A stretch of DNA of 36,241 nucleotides from the NCBI GenBank assembly GCA_032718475.1, contig JAUCBJ010006890.1:1-36241 (forward strand), in the 5' to 3' direction. This stretch comes from Nemertoderma westbladi. Its lineage: Eukaryota; Animalia; Xenacoelomorpha. The position numbers and the translations under genes are program-made. This document shows positions 1-11,776 of this stretch, in pieces. Under the pieces are notes generated by a model that had not been told where the DNA came from, did no database searches, and worked only from the letters and a program-made list of their open reading frames with translations. How positions within the stretch are numbered: position 1 is the stretch's first letter; every line of letters begins with the position of its first letter.

Positions 1-65
1 CAGCGCCTGGGGGGGAACTGGCCAGCAAAGGCAAACGTATCAGTTATCCCACAAAAGCTTTTACA

Positions 66-138
66 GTTGTCGAACTATCATCATACCAAATTTGGTAGCA
101 TATTATTGAAATTTGAAAAAAAAAATAGGGGCTTCGAC
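66..138. repeat. Dispersed repeat fragment; inverted copy at ~11679-11776
   Basis: Reverse complement (gtcgaagcccctatttttt..caaatttcaat..gctaccaaatttggtatgatgatagttcgacaa) aligns to 11679-11776. Confidence 0.7.
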
Positions 139-429
139 TTGCTAAAAGTGGTTGCTGTATAAAGCCCCCTAAAAATGGTTGTTAAGGGAGATGGTGTATT
201 TACATGAGCCTATTAGCAATTCACAAAGAAAATGATTTTATTTCAATTTAATTTTATCGAATTATTTTTACGTAATTTATTTTAATTTCTTTGAAATAAA
301 TAAATTAGCATTCTTAGCAGCACAGCATGCCATTACGTGGATTGCGTGGGGGAAGCACAACTTTTTTAAGCCAGCATCGCACCTCAATGTAACCTGCAAT
401 GCAACCTGCCGATTAATAATATATTGTAT

Positions 430-636
430 ATGGGGGCAGGAGGCTACTGTCCGTGTGGTTACTGTCCGGGGGGTTACTGATGGGGGGTTATTGTCCATGG
501 GGGCGACTGTCCGGGGCCTACTGTCCGGGAGGCTATTGTCCGTGGGGCGACTGTCCGACCGTAACTGTCCGGGGCTACTGTCCGGGGGGGGGGGGGGGGG
601 GGTTACTGTCCGTGGGGCGACTGTCCAAGCGCAACT
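430..636. repeat. GC-rich ~15-16-bp minisatellite (ggggctactgtccg), left part; continues at 8732-8874
   Basis: Repeated ACTGTCC(G)GGGG units. The same units resume right after the insertions at 637-8731. Confidence 0.8.
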
Positions 637-1918
637 GCTACTCAGAACTGCTAATCAGAATGGGTTCCGTAAAGGTCGTGGGACCATGGAGCCCATTTTG
701 GCACTTAGAAGGATAATTGAAGAGTTATCAAACAGACAGGCAAGACAGGCATCTGGCTGTTATCTTTGTTGACTTCTTCAAGGCCTTTGATTCAGTCTCT
801 CGCTCACGTATGTTCAGCATACTTTCATTATATGGGATTCCTGATGAAATTATTGCAGCAATCAGATCAGTATACGATGGTTCGACAACATTTGTGTCTA
901 CATTTGACACAGAACCATTTGAAGTGTTATGGGGCGTCCTCCAAGGAGACACACTTGCACCATTCTTGTTCATTATTGTGGTTGATCATGTTCTACGCAT
1001 GTCCTTAGATCATCATAATGATGATGGGGTGATGATAACTCCACTTACTGGCTCCAGAAGTCGAGGAAATGCTGCCAAGTACGTAACTAACTGATCTAGA
1101 CTTTGCTGATGACTTAGGAGTACTCTCAGAATCACTAGAGGGAGCCCAACGGCTCCTCAGCTCATTAGAACATGCTGCTTCTAGTGTTGGTCTTTTTATT
1201 AACTCCAGAAAGACCAAAATTCTGACAGTTAACTTTGAAAGTCCTCAGCAAGTCTCTGATCGGATGAGCATAAGCTCAAAAGATGGTATGCTTGAGCATG
1301 TGGATGACTTCTGTTACCTGGGATCATGGATCCGGAAGTCAGGTAAGGACCTTCGAATACGTAAGGGAAAGGCATGGGCAGTCTTGAATAGGCTTTCCAG
1401 GATTTGGAAGTCACCGAGAATTAATCGGAAACTTAAGGTCCGATTATTTAGAGCAGCAGTAGTTCCAGTACTCCTCTATGGGAGTCCATGCTGGGCTCTA
1501 ACTGCTGAGAACACCAAATCTCTGGATGGCACATTCACAAGAATGCTACGCCGGGTTCATTGTGTCAAGTACAATGCACACATCTCCAACGAGACACTAT
1601 ATAACATTGGAGGTGTCTCATTGGTTCCCCCAAGCTTGACACTAGAACAAAATCGCATCCGCTTTGCAGGACATTGCTTTCGCCGTGAGGACCAGCCAGT
1701 GCATAAACTTGTACTTAGGCAGCCTCATGGAGTGAATAATCATGGTGGACAGCCCATGACTTTCTTGAGACGCATCTTAAAGGACACTGGCCTTGAAGAT
1801 GCGGATAATCTAGCAAATGTCATGGGTGAAGGGAGTTGTGGCGGAGCAATTTTGTCGATAAGCCGGCACAGCATTCTTAAAAATGCAGCTGCAATGCAGC
1901 ATGCCTATCCTAGTAGTA
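637..1918 (+). mobile_element. 5'-truncated, frameshifted RTE-clade non-LTR retrotransposon (copy 1)
   Basis: RT motifs across several frames: QNGFRKGR, FVDFFKAFDSV, GVLQGDTLAPFLF, DFADDL, FCYLGS, PVLLYGS, RFAGHCFR. Ends in a (TAG)n tail. Nearly identical to 14427-15362. Clade assignment is from motif recognition. Confidence 0.85.
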
Positions 1919-4119
1919 GTCCGGGGGGCGTATTCCCAATCCTTACACTAGTAGGAACACATCTCGAATTGACGCTTGGGATTGGTTAATGAGCTATATT
2001 TTGATTGGACGTTGAAATCATGTAAGGAATGGAGAGAGGGGTCGAACTAGTGTAAGGGTGTCGTTTCACTTACTGTAGATGGCAGGTAGAGACAAAGTGT
2101 TCCAAACGCTGTAAGGAATGGAGAAAATGGGTGAAATCATGTAAGGAATGGAGAGAGGGGGTCGAACTAGTGTAAGGATTTTATACTCAGTTTGCAGGTA
2201 GAAAGTGTTCCAAACGCTGTAAGGAATGGAGAAAATGGGTGAAATCATGTAAGGATTATCTGCCTATTAAACGGTTCATTGTCAGGTAACAGTAAAAATA
2301 TATACGAATAACAATATACAATAGGGCTACATATATTCAGAGTGGAAATTACGTTTTATAAGGAATCGTTTTACAGAGCATTCTCCATGATTTTTCTGAT
2401 GGAAAAGATTGTAATAATATAGAAGCTAGCTTTATTGATAGTATTTACTATTGAAATTTATTCATTTGATGTTCATATTTAAAAGAATTTGTAAACATAA
2501 ATATTCTAATGAAATAAACTCATAATTTTTCAAATGATGTTTAGTATTTGTTCGATTTGCATTAATGTTTATCGAAAGGTTTCTGCGGCGCTTTTTAGCG
2601 CGTTAAGACATATTAAGTACCATGAGGTCGGCCAGCAGGCATCTGTTTACTTCCTGTTGTCAGAGCTACTCGTCGGCGCGCTAGTGCAGTTGGCTCCACA
2701 CGAATAGCAAATAGACTATTCCTAAGCAAACTTACAGTTTAACAGTTGAACTCTGTGTACAAAGGAATGTATCCCTAGACCCTAGTAGCCAATGTTCCAA
2801 TGGTTTCAGCACTAGGAACCCAGGCGCGCTTACGCGCGTCTGGGAGCCAACTAACAATATAATAATGCGTTCACAATAAATTATTAAAAAGGCAATTTCT
2901 CAAGCGCTTCAACTGCACTGTACACTACTGTATAACTAAAAAGTCATTCAGGATGACAGATTTCCCAGGAACTTACTGTAATAGACATTCAATTGTATTG
3001 AATCCAGGGCAAGAGTTTGTGTTGTATTCTGTGAAAGGAGCTATCAGCTGGGTAAAATGTTATTTGCGAGAGATCCCACTCTATAACGTGGCAATTGCTC
3101 AAATCCATTCAGCTGAATGGCACAGTAGAGCATTGATTCTGGGTTACAACTAATAAGCAATCAATGACAAATTCTCGTTGATTTGCACACCGACATCTAA
3201 TAATTGGATAAAGTGTGTTCGAGGGCAATGGATTGGAAATTGAGCTCAACATTGTTAAGATTAATTATCGTGTAACTTTCCTATTCCATGGCCGATACAC
3301 ATATAAACCACCATACAAAGTATCGTAGTGATTCACCGGAGCGTTTAGGCGGAGATAGATCTACGAGGGGTAGGAGGTACAGGGTCATATTCTTGGAATC
3401 AAGGGGGTCGCCCCACATTCTATCCATTATGATCCCAGAACTACAAAAAAAACAAAAATTTGAAAAAAAATTTCATTTTCATCAGTAGACATCATTTTTA
3501 GTCTGTCGCGTTGACAAAAACTCATTTTCACCTTAGTCATAGTGATCGGAATCATTAATATGTTGTAAAAAGAGTTTGAGAGGTCGTATGAAGTTGAAAA
3601 TAGTCTCATTGGAATCGCAATCGTCGGTTTACTGTTAGTGAATTAAAAAATATTTATTTTTCAACAGCGAATAATTTTTTTCAGTATGAGATATTGTCTA
3701 AAATCAACTTTTCACCCTACTGTAGGCGTAGCGATCAGAAGTCTTAATATGCAGATATGTTGTAACAAGAGTTTGGAAGGTCGTATTAAATTGAAAATAG
3801 TCTCATTGGAAAATTGTTGCTGGGTCATCTTAACTTGAAATAAAGTCTCATTGGAACCACAATGATGATTAATTTACTAATAATGAGTTAAGAAAAAATT
3901 AACGGAACTCAAAGTCTGTTGTGTTGATGAAAGTTGACTTTTCACCTTAGCCAGTGATCAGAGTTATCATATATTGTATAAAGTGTGGAAACTCATCTGA
4001 ACTTTCAAATAAGTCATAGGAGCCGCAAAGTGAACGAATTTTCCTGTAGCTTTAGTTCAGCTGAGTTTATCAGCTTTAAGCTCTGCCACGTCGCCAACGT
4101 TCTACAGGAAGGCAGAGAG

Positions 4120-4365
4120 TTTGGCTTTTGGGTTGAACTTTGCCGGATGCCAGATAAACCGGGAAGATTTTGGCTTTTTGATTGACCTTTGCCGGATGCC
4201 AGATAAACCGGGAAGATGTTGGCTTTTTTACTGACCTTTGCCGGATGCCAGATAAACCGGGAAGATTTTGGCTTTTTGATTGACCTTTGCCGGATGCCAG
4301 ATAAACCGGGAAGATTTTGACTTTTTGATTGACCTTTGCCGGATGCCAGATAAACCGGGAAGATA
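4120..4365. repeat. 49-bp tandem repeat, 5 copies
   Basis: gccggatgccagataaaccgggaaga recurs at 4142, 4191, 4240, 4289 and 4338. Confidence 0.9.
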
Positions 4366-4381
4366 TTGAGAATGATTAGGC

Positions 4382-7300
4382 CTACTTTTTAGATGGAAAA
4401 AGGAAGTCAAATGTGGCCCTGAACTCAGAGTGGTTATGTAGAATAAACTGCATATTTCGTGAAGATGAAGTTAAGTCCCAGTCTCCATCAACCAAACAGT
4501 TCATAATACCTTCCTTTGTGACCTCCTGAACATCATCGAAAGCAGGATATTTCCAACGTTTATCAGATACAGGATCTACCCGTTCCAAATGGTTCACAAC
4601 ATAAGTTGACTCCTTTCTTTCAAGAAGGTATCCTAATTCCCATGTGGATTTGCCTTCAAAAATCCACAATGTGGCACACATTCCATTGATGTCCACAGCC
4701 AATGAAGGAGCTGGTTTATCTATTGCTTTATCTTTGTCACTCTGTATGGCTAATATCATAGACAAGTCATCATTTGTAGGTAAGTCTACAACAGATCCTG
4801 TTGGTGGAGTTTGATTGCCAAGAAGCACCAGAAAATTTTCAAGCCGTTCATCAGGTGTTATCCCATTTAGACGATATAGCTCTGGTCGAATAGTAACATC
4901 TAACTTGTGTGTATGTTTAAAGTAAGATAATTCAGTTTTAACAATCCGATCTGACTGTAATTGACCTTTATCTTTAATTATTTCTTCGAGTTCATTTATA
5001 CAGGTAGCTGGTCCATTCCAAGATTTACAGTCCCTAAGAAGTTTTAATGTGTAATCTTTGACATTTTTGCTTTTCTCAATTTTTTCTTCTAATCTTTTCA
5101 GCTGTAGTTGTTTTTGTTTAGCAGACCAATTAAATTCTCTCTCACGAAGGATGGCATTGATCTTCTTTGTGGTTTCATCAACACACTTTGGTGATGCTTG
5201 ATACAATACCATATCGTTTCTGATGCCTCTTGCAGTAAATTTCTTATTTCGGAATTTCGCAACAGTTGCTATGTTACTGAATTTGCCCAAGTCCCGCTCT
5301 GCTTGTAAGTTGTTAGTTGGCAAATTTGCTAGCTCGCAATCTGTCAGTTTGTGCAACTCTGTAGTACGTGCGGGAGTATCAACTGCTGAGAAGCCATATT
5401 CTCTGCCACATTGCAGTTGTAAAACAGCAGCTGCATCTGTGCACATTAGCTCTATTAGCTTGACTTCCAGTGGACTATTGGGTTCTCTAATTGGTACATG
5501 TTTATAACTAATTATAAATTCTCCAAGGGTTTCAGTGCATCCTATCAATAGATCACTATGTAATTTTGGTAAGATCTTTAGGAGAGTTGACTGGTTTGAT
5601 AGCTCGATACAGTTTAGGTATGGAAGAGTTACCTTATGGGTAAAGTATGATAGTGCCCAGAGTTCAGTGATAAAAAACTCGCACTCCAAAAAGAGATTAC
5701 ATGTTTCAGTTAGTTGATTCGATTTGTGACTCTGAGCTAAAAGAGTTCTCAGAAGTGGTAATGCTTCTAGAATGGAAGCTGACATGTAACCTAATTTAGT
5801 AAATCTTCTCTCATGGTAGAGTGTCATGTGCTTCACTTTTCCCTCTTTCTCTAGGAGAATGTCAAACTCTTCAGCCAGTGAAGCTGCATTGGCAGACTTA
5901 TCATAGGCGACCAACTTAAGCAAGGCATTTAAACCTGCTAGAACTACTGCCTTTTTCCCTCGAAAGAATGTATGAAGTGAATAATTGGCAGCTTCCAGCT
6001 TTCCTCTAAGGTCTAATTGTCGCTCTAAGTCACACAAAACTGTCAGATTTGACCTATCAAATGCTTCAACTGTATGACTCTTACACAGTAAATGATACGG
6101 AATATAATCACTTCCAAGTTTGTCAGAAACTCCCTTCTCTATATTTAGATTTTTTGATACAGCATCCGTCATTACTGCAGTTGTGTTTTTCCATAGGGAC
6201 ATTGGACCAATAGCAGATGATAATGCCAGTGATGCAGCACAAGCTAAACGTTCATATGTTTCTGTAATTAATAGTATTATATTATCTCTATCCTCATACG
6301 CAAAAAACAGAGGACGCAAACGAAATTTAGTGTTGTTTGAGAATATCAATATGAGGCAAGGCCACTCCCCATCAATGTTATTTCTTGATGTTGTATCATA
6401 GTGGAGGGTGCACTTTATTTCACTGTTTTTTGTTGCTAAAGCAGTCCCTGCATCTTTTTCTACACCAGATGCTTGTAGTTGTTTGTGTTCAATTATTGTT
6501 TTTGAACTAGGTAGAACATATCTATATTTTCCGTAGTCTGTTGCCGAAACTGGAGTATTTGTTTTGGGTGATACAGTTTCTCGACAAACTCGTTTAGGGT
6601 TGGGCTCAATTGGTTCAGCTTCCAGGGTACAATTACTGTCTCCATTCTGTTCTTCGGGAGATAAAAAGTATTTATGCTTGTACAGATCTCTAGCCACTAC
6701 CTGGACAGCTATTCGTGACTTTTCTGCTGACAGTGCACATGAAGTTGATACATTTGCACATGTTGTTTTTATGTCACTTGTTAAGTTTCTCCTCTGGCGG
6801 ATTTCAATTCGGTCAATGAAATTGCAAATTGTCTGACTACTTTTTTCTATGTAAGACTTGGTGTTTCGGGCTAAACCTGAGCGATTGCTGCTTATGTTAA
6901 GGTTTATAGGCGAGCTTATTTCCCCATTAAAGCAGTCGTCATCAAAATTACTGTCAACAACCTCACTACCATCATCACCAAAGATGTGTTCTTCCTCTAT
7001 TCTGGTGAGTTCCTGTTGGTCTTGACTTTTTTGTTGCTCGGCAGTTATTTTCAATTCGTATTCAGTATCTATTTGATCGCTAAGATAACCAGTCCGCTGC
7101 TTGCTTAATTGCCCAAAATAAAATGCACGTTCATCTGTATCAAAATTATCTGGAACCGCTTTAGTGTTCAATATGGACAAAACTGAATAATTATTATCCC
7201 TCCAGTTACGCATTCTCTCTCTCTTACTTTTACAAGACCTCCCTTTCATGGTTACTTTATTGAAATAATCCAAAATGTGAGCCCGAAGTTTTCGCTTTAT

Positions 7301-7528
7301 GGTGCTTCTAGATGCAATATTATCAGCTCCAAAGGCTTTGCACCACATATTGTTAAGGGAATTTGAATATGCAGTAATTGCCTTCGTTCTAAGGGCAGAC
7401 TCTTTATCTGCCTTAGGTGAGCCGCCTGGGGCATAATTGGTAATTGCAATAACAGCCTCATAAATGAAGGGTAATTTGTCACCCAAAACAAATACTATGT
7501 CACACTGAGCAAGTGATTGAGATGTCAT
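4382..7528 (-). CDS. Intact DDE-type transposase (~1048 aa from first ATG) with CxxH motif; superfamily unresolved
   Basis: Uninterrupted intronless ORF between TIRs. Candidate catalytic motifs LHYDTTSR, VMTDAV, LCKSH (CxxH) and PTNNLQAERD are in the order seen in hAT/Mutator/P-type transposases. First ATG at 7528; the ORF track starts at an upstream TTG. Confidence 0.75.
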   Translation of the reverse strand: MTSQSLAQCDIVFVLGDKLPFIYEAVIAITNYAPGGSPKADKESALRTKAITAYSNSLNNMWCKAFGADNIASRSTIKRKLRAHILDYFNKVTMKGRSCKSKRERMRNWRDNNYSVLSILNTKAVPDNFDTDERAFYFGQLSKQRTGYLSDQIDTEYELKITAEQQKSQDQQELTRIEEEHIFGDDGSEVVDSNFDDDCFNGEISSPINLNISSNRSGLARNTKSYIEKSSQTICNFIDRIEIRQRRNLTSDIKTTCANVSTSCALSAEKSRIAVQVVARDLYKHKYFLSPEEQNGDSNCTLEAEPIEPNPKRVCRETVSPKTNTPVSATDYGKYRYVLPSSKTIIEHKQLQASGVEKDAGTALATKNSEIKCTLHYDTTSRNNIDGEWPCLILIFSNNTKFRLRPLFFAYEDRDNIILLITETYERLACAASLALSSAIGPMSLWKNTTAVMTDAVSKNLNIEKGVSDKLGSDYIPYHLLCKSHTVEAFDRSNLTVLCDLERQLDLRGKLEAANYSLHTFFRGKKAVVLAGLNALLKLVAYDKSANAASLAEEFDILLEKEGKVKHMTLYHERRFTKLGYMSASILEALPLLRTLLAQSHKSNQLTETCNLFLECEFFITELWALSYFTHKVTLPYLNCIELSNQSTLLKILPKLHSDLLIGCTETLGEFIISYKHVPIREPNSPLEVKLIELMCTDAAAVLQLQCGREYGFSAVDTPARTTELHKLTDCELANLPTNNLQAERDLGKFSNIATVAKFRNKKFTARGIRNDMVLYQASPKCVDETTKKINAILREREFNWSAKQKQLQLKRLEEKIEKSKNVKDYTLKLLRDCKSWNGPATCINELEEIIKDKGQLQSDRIVKTELSYFKHTHKLDVTIRPELYRLNGITPDERLENFLVLLGNQTPPTGSVVDLPTNDDLSMILAIQSDKDKAIDKPAPSLAVDINGMCATLWIFEGKSTWELGYLLERKESTYVVNHLERVDPVSDKRWKYPAFDDVQEVTKEGIMNCLVDGDWDLTSSSRNMQFILHNHSEFRATFDFLFPSKK

Positions 7529-8731
7529 TGTATTCAAGTAATAATAATACTATTGAGAGAATTGAGTAGGCCTAACATTACTACAGAACTGCAATTACAG
7601 AAGTGGCATCTGAAGACATAGCTAGCTGCATTCCTAAGCTGTATAAAATATGCTTATACTGTAATTATGGTCCAATTGTTGACCATATATATACCAATGC
7701 AGAAATATTTTTGCGCAGTAATCCTTAAGATAAATCTAATATTATATCATCAAATTTCAAAATTTTCATTAACACATTTTTTTCACAATGAAATTATATA
7801 TATTAGATAAATCATTTATATATTAAAACAATTAAAGTCACTGTTAACTAACTATATTTATTGAACATTATTTTTGTAAATAATTTATTAAAATTAAATA
7901 TATATTAAAGTTAATTAGCTGTAAATAGCACAATGTCGGTACTTATTACCAACTAAAAATCAAACTATCTGGGTATGAAATGCGTTTCAAACAATGTAAT
8001 TTTTAACAAAATATGGATAACTTCGTCAATTTTTACAGTATTGCTGCGAAACTATTGATCAGGGGTCTTCAAAAGTGTGTTCTATACCCACTAAATCGGC
8101 AATTGCGGTTCCAATGATACCACTTTCGAGTTCATAGGACCATTGAAACTCTATTTACATCATATTCACTACACAACCCACTATGCGTAAGGTAAAAATG
8201 GGACATATGGCACCAAAATTAATGTCTACTGATGAAAATGAAATTTTTTTCAAAATTTTTTTGTTTTTCATAATTCTGAGATGATAGCGGTCAGAATGTG
8301 GGGCGACCCCCTTGATTTCAAAGACATGACCTAAAAAGTGCTATCTACCTCCTACCCCTGAGTCAAATATACAACATTGACAATCTATTTGTATTATAGA
8401 CACTAGAGCAACCCTGTAGAAACCATAACAACAACACTATTATAGGCCTACTGACTAGCTAATGTCACCTGCTGCTGCTTGCATACTCTTCTAATACTGT
8501 TGGTATAATAACCCTTATATGATTTCACCCATTTTCTCCATTCCTTACAGCGTTTGGAACACTTTGTCTCTACCTGCCATCTACAGTAAGTGAAACGACA
8601 CCCTTACACTAGTTCGACCCCTCTCTCCATTCCTTACATGATTTAAACGTCCAATCAAATAATAGTTTATTAACCAATCCCAAGCACCAATTCGTGATGT
8701 GTTCCTACTGGTGTAAGGATTGGGAATACGC

Positions 8732-8874
8732 GTCCGGGGGCTACTGTCCGTGGGGCAACTGTCCGACCGCAACTGTCCGGAGGGACTGTCCGGGGGGCTA
8801 CAGTCCGTGGGGTTATTGTCCGGGCTGCTACTGTCAGGGGGGTTACTGTCCGGGGGGCGACTGTCCTAGAACCG
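8732..8874. repeat. GC-rich minisatellite, right part; ends ctgtcctagaaccg (possible terminus of a larger element starting upstream of the window)
   Basis: Same units as 430-636. Confidence 0.75.
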
Positions 8875-9533
8875 GTAATTGTTATAATACCGTACCCGGA
8901 TGATGCAAAGTTTCCTATTTAAAATGACAATTTTGAATTGACAGATATGAGTTTGTACAGGTCCTTAATTCCAAATATGAAAATAAAAGTTTCCCTTTGT
9001 CAAAATATAAAACATTGTCATTTTTAAGACATAATACAAATACAAACAATCCTCCAGCATGGTATATTATGATAATTCATTAACAAAATAACAATATACT
9101 TAATATACACCAAATATAGTATACAGTATGGCCTACAAAGTAAGGTTAGATTGATATGTAAATAGATATTGCATAGATATTATTTGTATATACCATTACT
9201 TTGCACAAATTTGTAATAGATTTACTAAATTGGAAATTCATTTGATAGTATTAGTATATATTGTTTATTATTTATTTGTTGTTTATTTAACAATGTAGTA
9301 TAAATAAATATTGCAACAACCCAATTGTAACTCATTTGGTGGCAAATTAAATTTTATCTAGACAGTTTGAAAATTGAATGTCAGTAAGGCAACATATATC
9401 TAGGTAGATTCTAGAAAAGTCGAATTGCAAAAGCCCAAAAAATGCAAGACATCTTGTGTATAGAGGGAAGGTAGGCATAAACTAAATAGGATTGTTAATC
9501 CTAAGGAATTGGTACATAGTAGTGTGAGTGTGG

Positions 9534-10551
9534 TTAATAATGGGAGGAATAATCACTATCCGAATCGTGGTTGGCAGAGTTAACAAACAGAGTTTTAGGC
9601 TCGATTGAATTGATTGGTTGAAATCCGTCGGAGTCAGATAATCCGTCTACCGGGGGTGTTTCGTTGCTGGAAGGGCTACTGAAGGTGCTGCTGAGATTCC
9701 TACGGCTGGATGGGGGGGAGGAGGGGGACGGGAAGAGACGGGGGTTGGGTTGGGGAATCCGAGCGGAGGAGACGGGGAAGGGGGTGGAAGAGGAGGGGAA
9801 CGGGGTCGGAAGCCAGTCCTCGCCGTCGCTGAACATCGCGGGGTCGGGTATCCTCGGAGAGCCGAGGAAAACCTCGTCGACTTCGGATACACTCGATTCG
9901 TTAACAACCATATCGGGGGCGGTGGACGTTATCTGGCGGCATTGAGCCGCGGAATTACGTCGAGGGATAAACCGTTTCCACGGGAGAATAAATAGGAAGT
10001 AGAGAAAGGAAAGAACAGCGAGGAAATATGTGGATAGTTTAGTAGTCGTGGAGACTAAGAGTAGTTTGAGTTTCCGCTTGCGAGCGGCCCAGACGAGTCG
10101 AGGAGCAGCTAGGAGTTGTCGGACGGTTGGACGAGTTGAGGGATTCGGATCCATCATCGATTGGATGAGTTCCCCGAGGGTGGGATCGCCGATGGATTGG
10201 AGTAACTCGACGGGTAGCGGGGCGCGACGCAGTCGGTGCCAGGTGGGCCCTCCCGAGGGGGGGTCCAGGTCGGTTGCCAGCTCCAACAGCGCGACTCCGA
10301 GGGAGAACACGTCCGCGGGTTTACCGAAGTCGCCCTGCAGGAGTTCCGGCGCGAGGTAGGCGGGGTCGCCCTCCTGCGGGGAACCCGAGCGGCATTGCGT
10401 CGTGTCTACCATGAGGCCGAAGTCGGCGAGTTTCAGTCGGCCGTCGAGACCGACCAGGATGTTGTCCGGTTTGATGTCGAGGTGGACAAGGTCCTGGTCG
10501 TGGAGGTGTCGGAGACCGGTGAGGAGGTCCACCAACCAGTCGATCAGTCGG
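9534..10551 (-). CDS. PKMYT1: Myt1 kinase (membrane-associated Tyr/Thr CDK1-inhibitory kinase), coding exon 2
   Basis: HLDIKPDN, ADFG, QEGDPAYLAPE, ADVFSLG motifs; hydrophobic anchor LSTYFLAVLSFLYFLFILPW; S/P-rich tail. Acceptor ttctcacag ending at 10552 matches the phase-2 donor of exon 1. Confidence 0.9.
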
Positions 10552-10872
10552 CTGTGAGAACGGAAATAACATTGACAAAATAAAATAAGTTACAGTTCCA
10601 TAATGTTATAATACTGTTATATAAAAACAAATGAAAACCGTTGAGGTTGAATACAAAAAAAAAACAGAAACATATCTATGTATGTAGTGTAGTACCGGTA
10701 CCAAGTATAGTACTATTATAGTACCACACGGTAGTAGTCCCAGATCAGTTAATAGTATTACATTTTCTCATTTTTCGGAGTTCTTAAAAATTAAAAAGTT
10801 AGAAGGCAATGAACTACTAAGTATACCACTAACAACAAACTACAGTACTCTAACGTACAATGGCGTATTTAC

Positions 10873-11480
10873 CTTGTGGGTAGATCATGGTGCCTTTCTG
10901 CATATGAAGCCAAACTCTCTGCACACAGTTCTGTCTGTATATACAGCCTCCCTCGCTCTTCCCAAGCTCTGTGGAACGCTAAACAGTTGCCATGACGACC
11001 GAGTAATTCATGACGACGAACCTCCTCCATTCGTCTCCGTCTGTCTGACTCACCCCGGAAACAGTCCTGCGATATTTTAACCGCGTAAAACTCACCATCG
11101 CTTTTACATTTCGCCTTAAAAACCTCCCCAAAACTTCCATTCCCAAGTTTACATTCCACCTCGAATCCTTGATTGAAAAACAATCGTTTATTTTTTTTGT
11201 TGTACAGCGAGGCATCAAGGAAAGATGATATGTTTGAATCGTTTCGGAAGGAAACCGCCTGGGGGCGCTGCTCCGAGAGCAACCGATGAGGGAATATGCG
11301 GCTGACCGGCGGGGCCGATTTGACCGGGGCTCTCGGCAGGGTGGCAGGGCTTCCCACCGTGCAGCGTCGATTCTTTTTGTGTGAGAAATTCCTTTGCGAG
11401 GAATCGAATATCTCCGGAAGGGGACGAGGGGTTAGAGTAATATTCGGTACGCTTTGGGCCCGAGTGTCTCTTACCAACAT
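10873..11480 (-). CDS. PKMYT1: Myt1 kinase, coding exon 1
   Basis: ATG at 11480. PVKSAPPVSRIF and PQAVSFR N-terminal motifs, LGNGSFGEVFK, YAVKIS, AWEERGRLYIQTELC. Donor AG|gtaaat at 10872. The 321-bp intron gives a 541-aa spliced protein. Confidence 0.9.
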
Positions 11481-11678
11481 AGCACCATCAGTCAGTCATT
11501 GCCAAGTGGCATGTCGGCGACGCACTGTCTGACCGTGGTTGCGTTGGCATACCTATCCTACACCGTCAACAAACTTACAGGCTGCAGAGTATTTCTGTAT
11601 TTCTAGGCCTATTCTGCTACTACACTACACTTACACCATCTCCATTAATTTAATAGGCCTACAACAACCATCTGTGGG

Positions 11679-11776
11679 GTCGGAGCCCCCCCCCCCCCCC
11701 CCCCCCCCCCCTATTTTTTTTCAAATTTCAATCGCTTGCTACGAAATTTGGTATGATGATACTGTAGTTTGACAAT
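11679..11776. repeat. Dispersed repeat fragment (inverted copy of 66-138) with an expanded poly-C tract
   Basis: Direct alignment; differs by poly-C length and a CTGTA insertion at 11762-11766. Confidence 0.7.

Larger units (their letters stand above)
3366..8359 (-). mobile_element. Inner TIR DNA transposon, putatively autonomous
   Basis: TIR aggggtaggaggta at 3366-3379 and tacctcctacccct at 8346-8359. Imperfect inverted similarity extends ~270 bp (3366-~3635 vs ~8090-8359), with repeated subterminal modules at ~3520-4025. Encloses the transposase ORF. No clean TSD (cga/tga near-match only). Confidence 0.8.
1928..8731. mobile_element. Long-TIR DNA transposon with 9-bp TSD (Mutator/MULE-like structure), carrying nested elements
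   Basis: ~220-bp TIRs (1928-~2147, starting gcgtattcccaatccttacac; ~8512-8731, ending gtgtaaggattgggaatacgc). Perfect 9-bp flanking duplication GTCCGGGGG at 1919-1927 and 8732-8740. The left TIR has an extra ~115-bp internal duplication and many TGTAAGG motifs. Confidence 0.85.

Noticed and set aside
453-772. GYCPG-repeat ORFs here and at 8694-8903
   Set aside because: Translation of the GC-rich minisatellite; only the part after ~637 belongs to the LINE.
2810-3365. Helitron/Helentron-associated non-autonomous element (similar hints at ~26050-26205 and ~35730-35765)
   Set aside because: Only short hairpins, CTAG words and a (CAAA)n tract; boundaries cannot be defined without other copies.
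9647-10583. Several overlapping short ORFs over PKMYT1 exon 2
   Set aside because: Expected by-product of GC-rich coding sequence; no recognisable domains.
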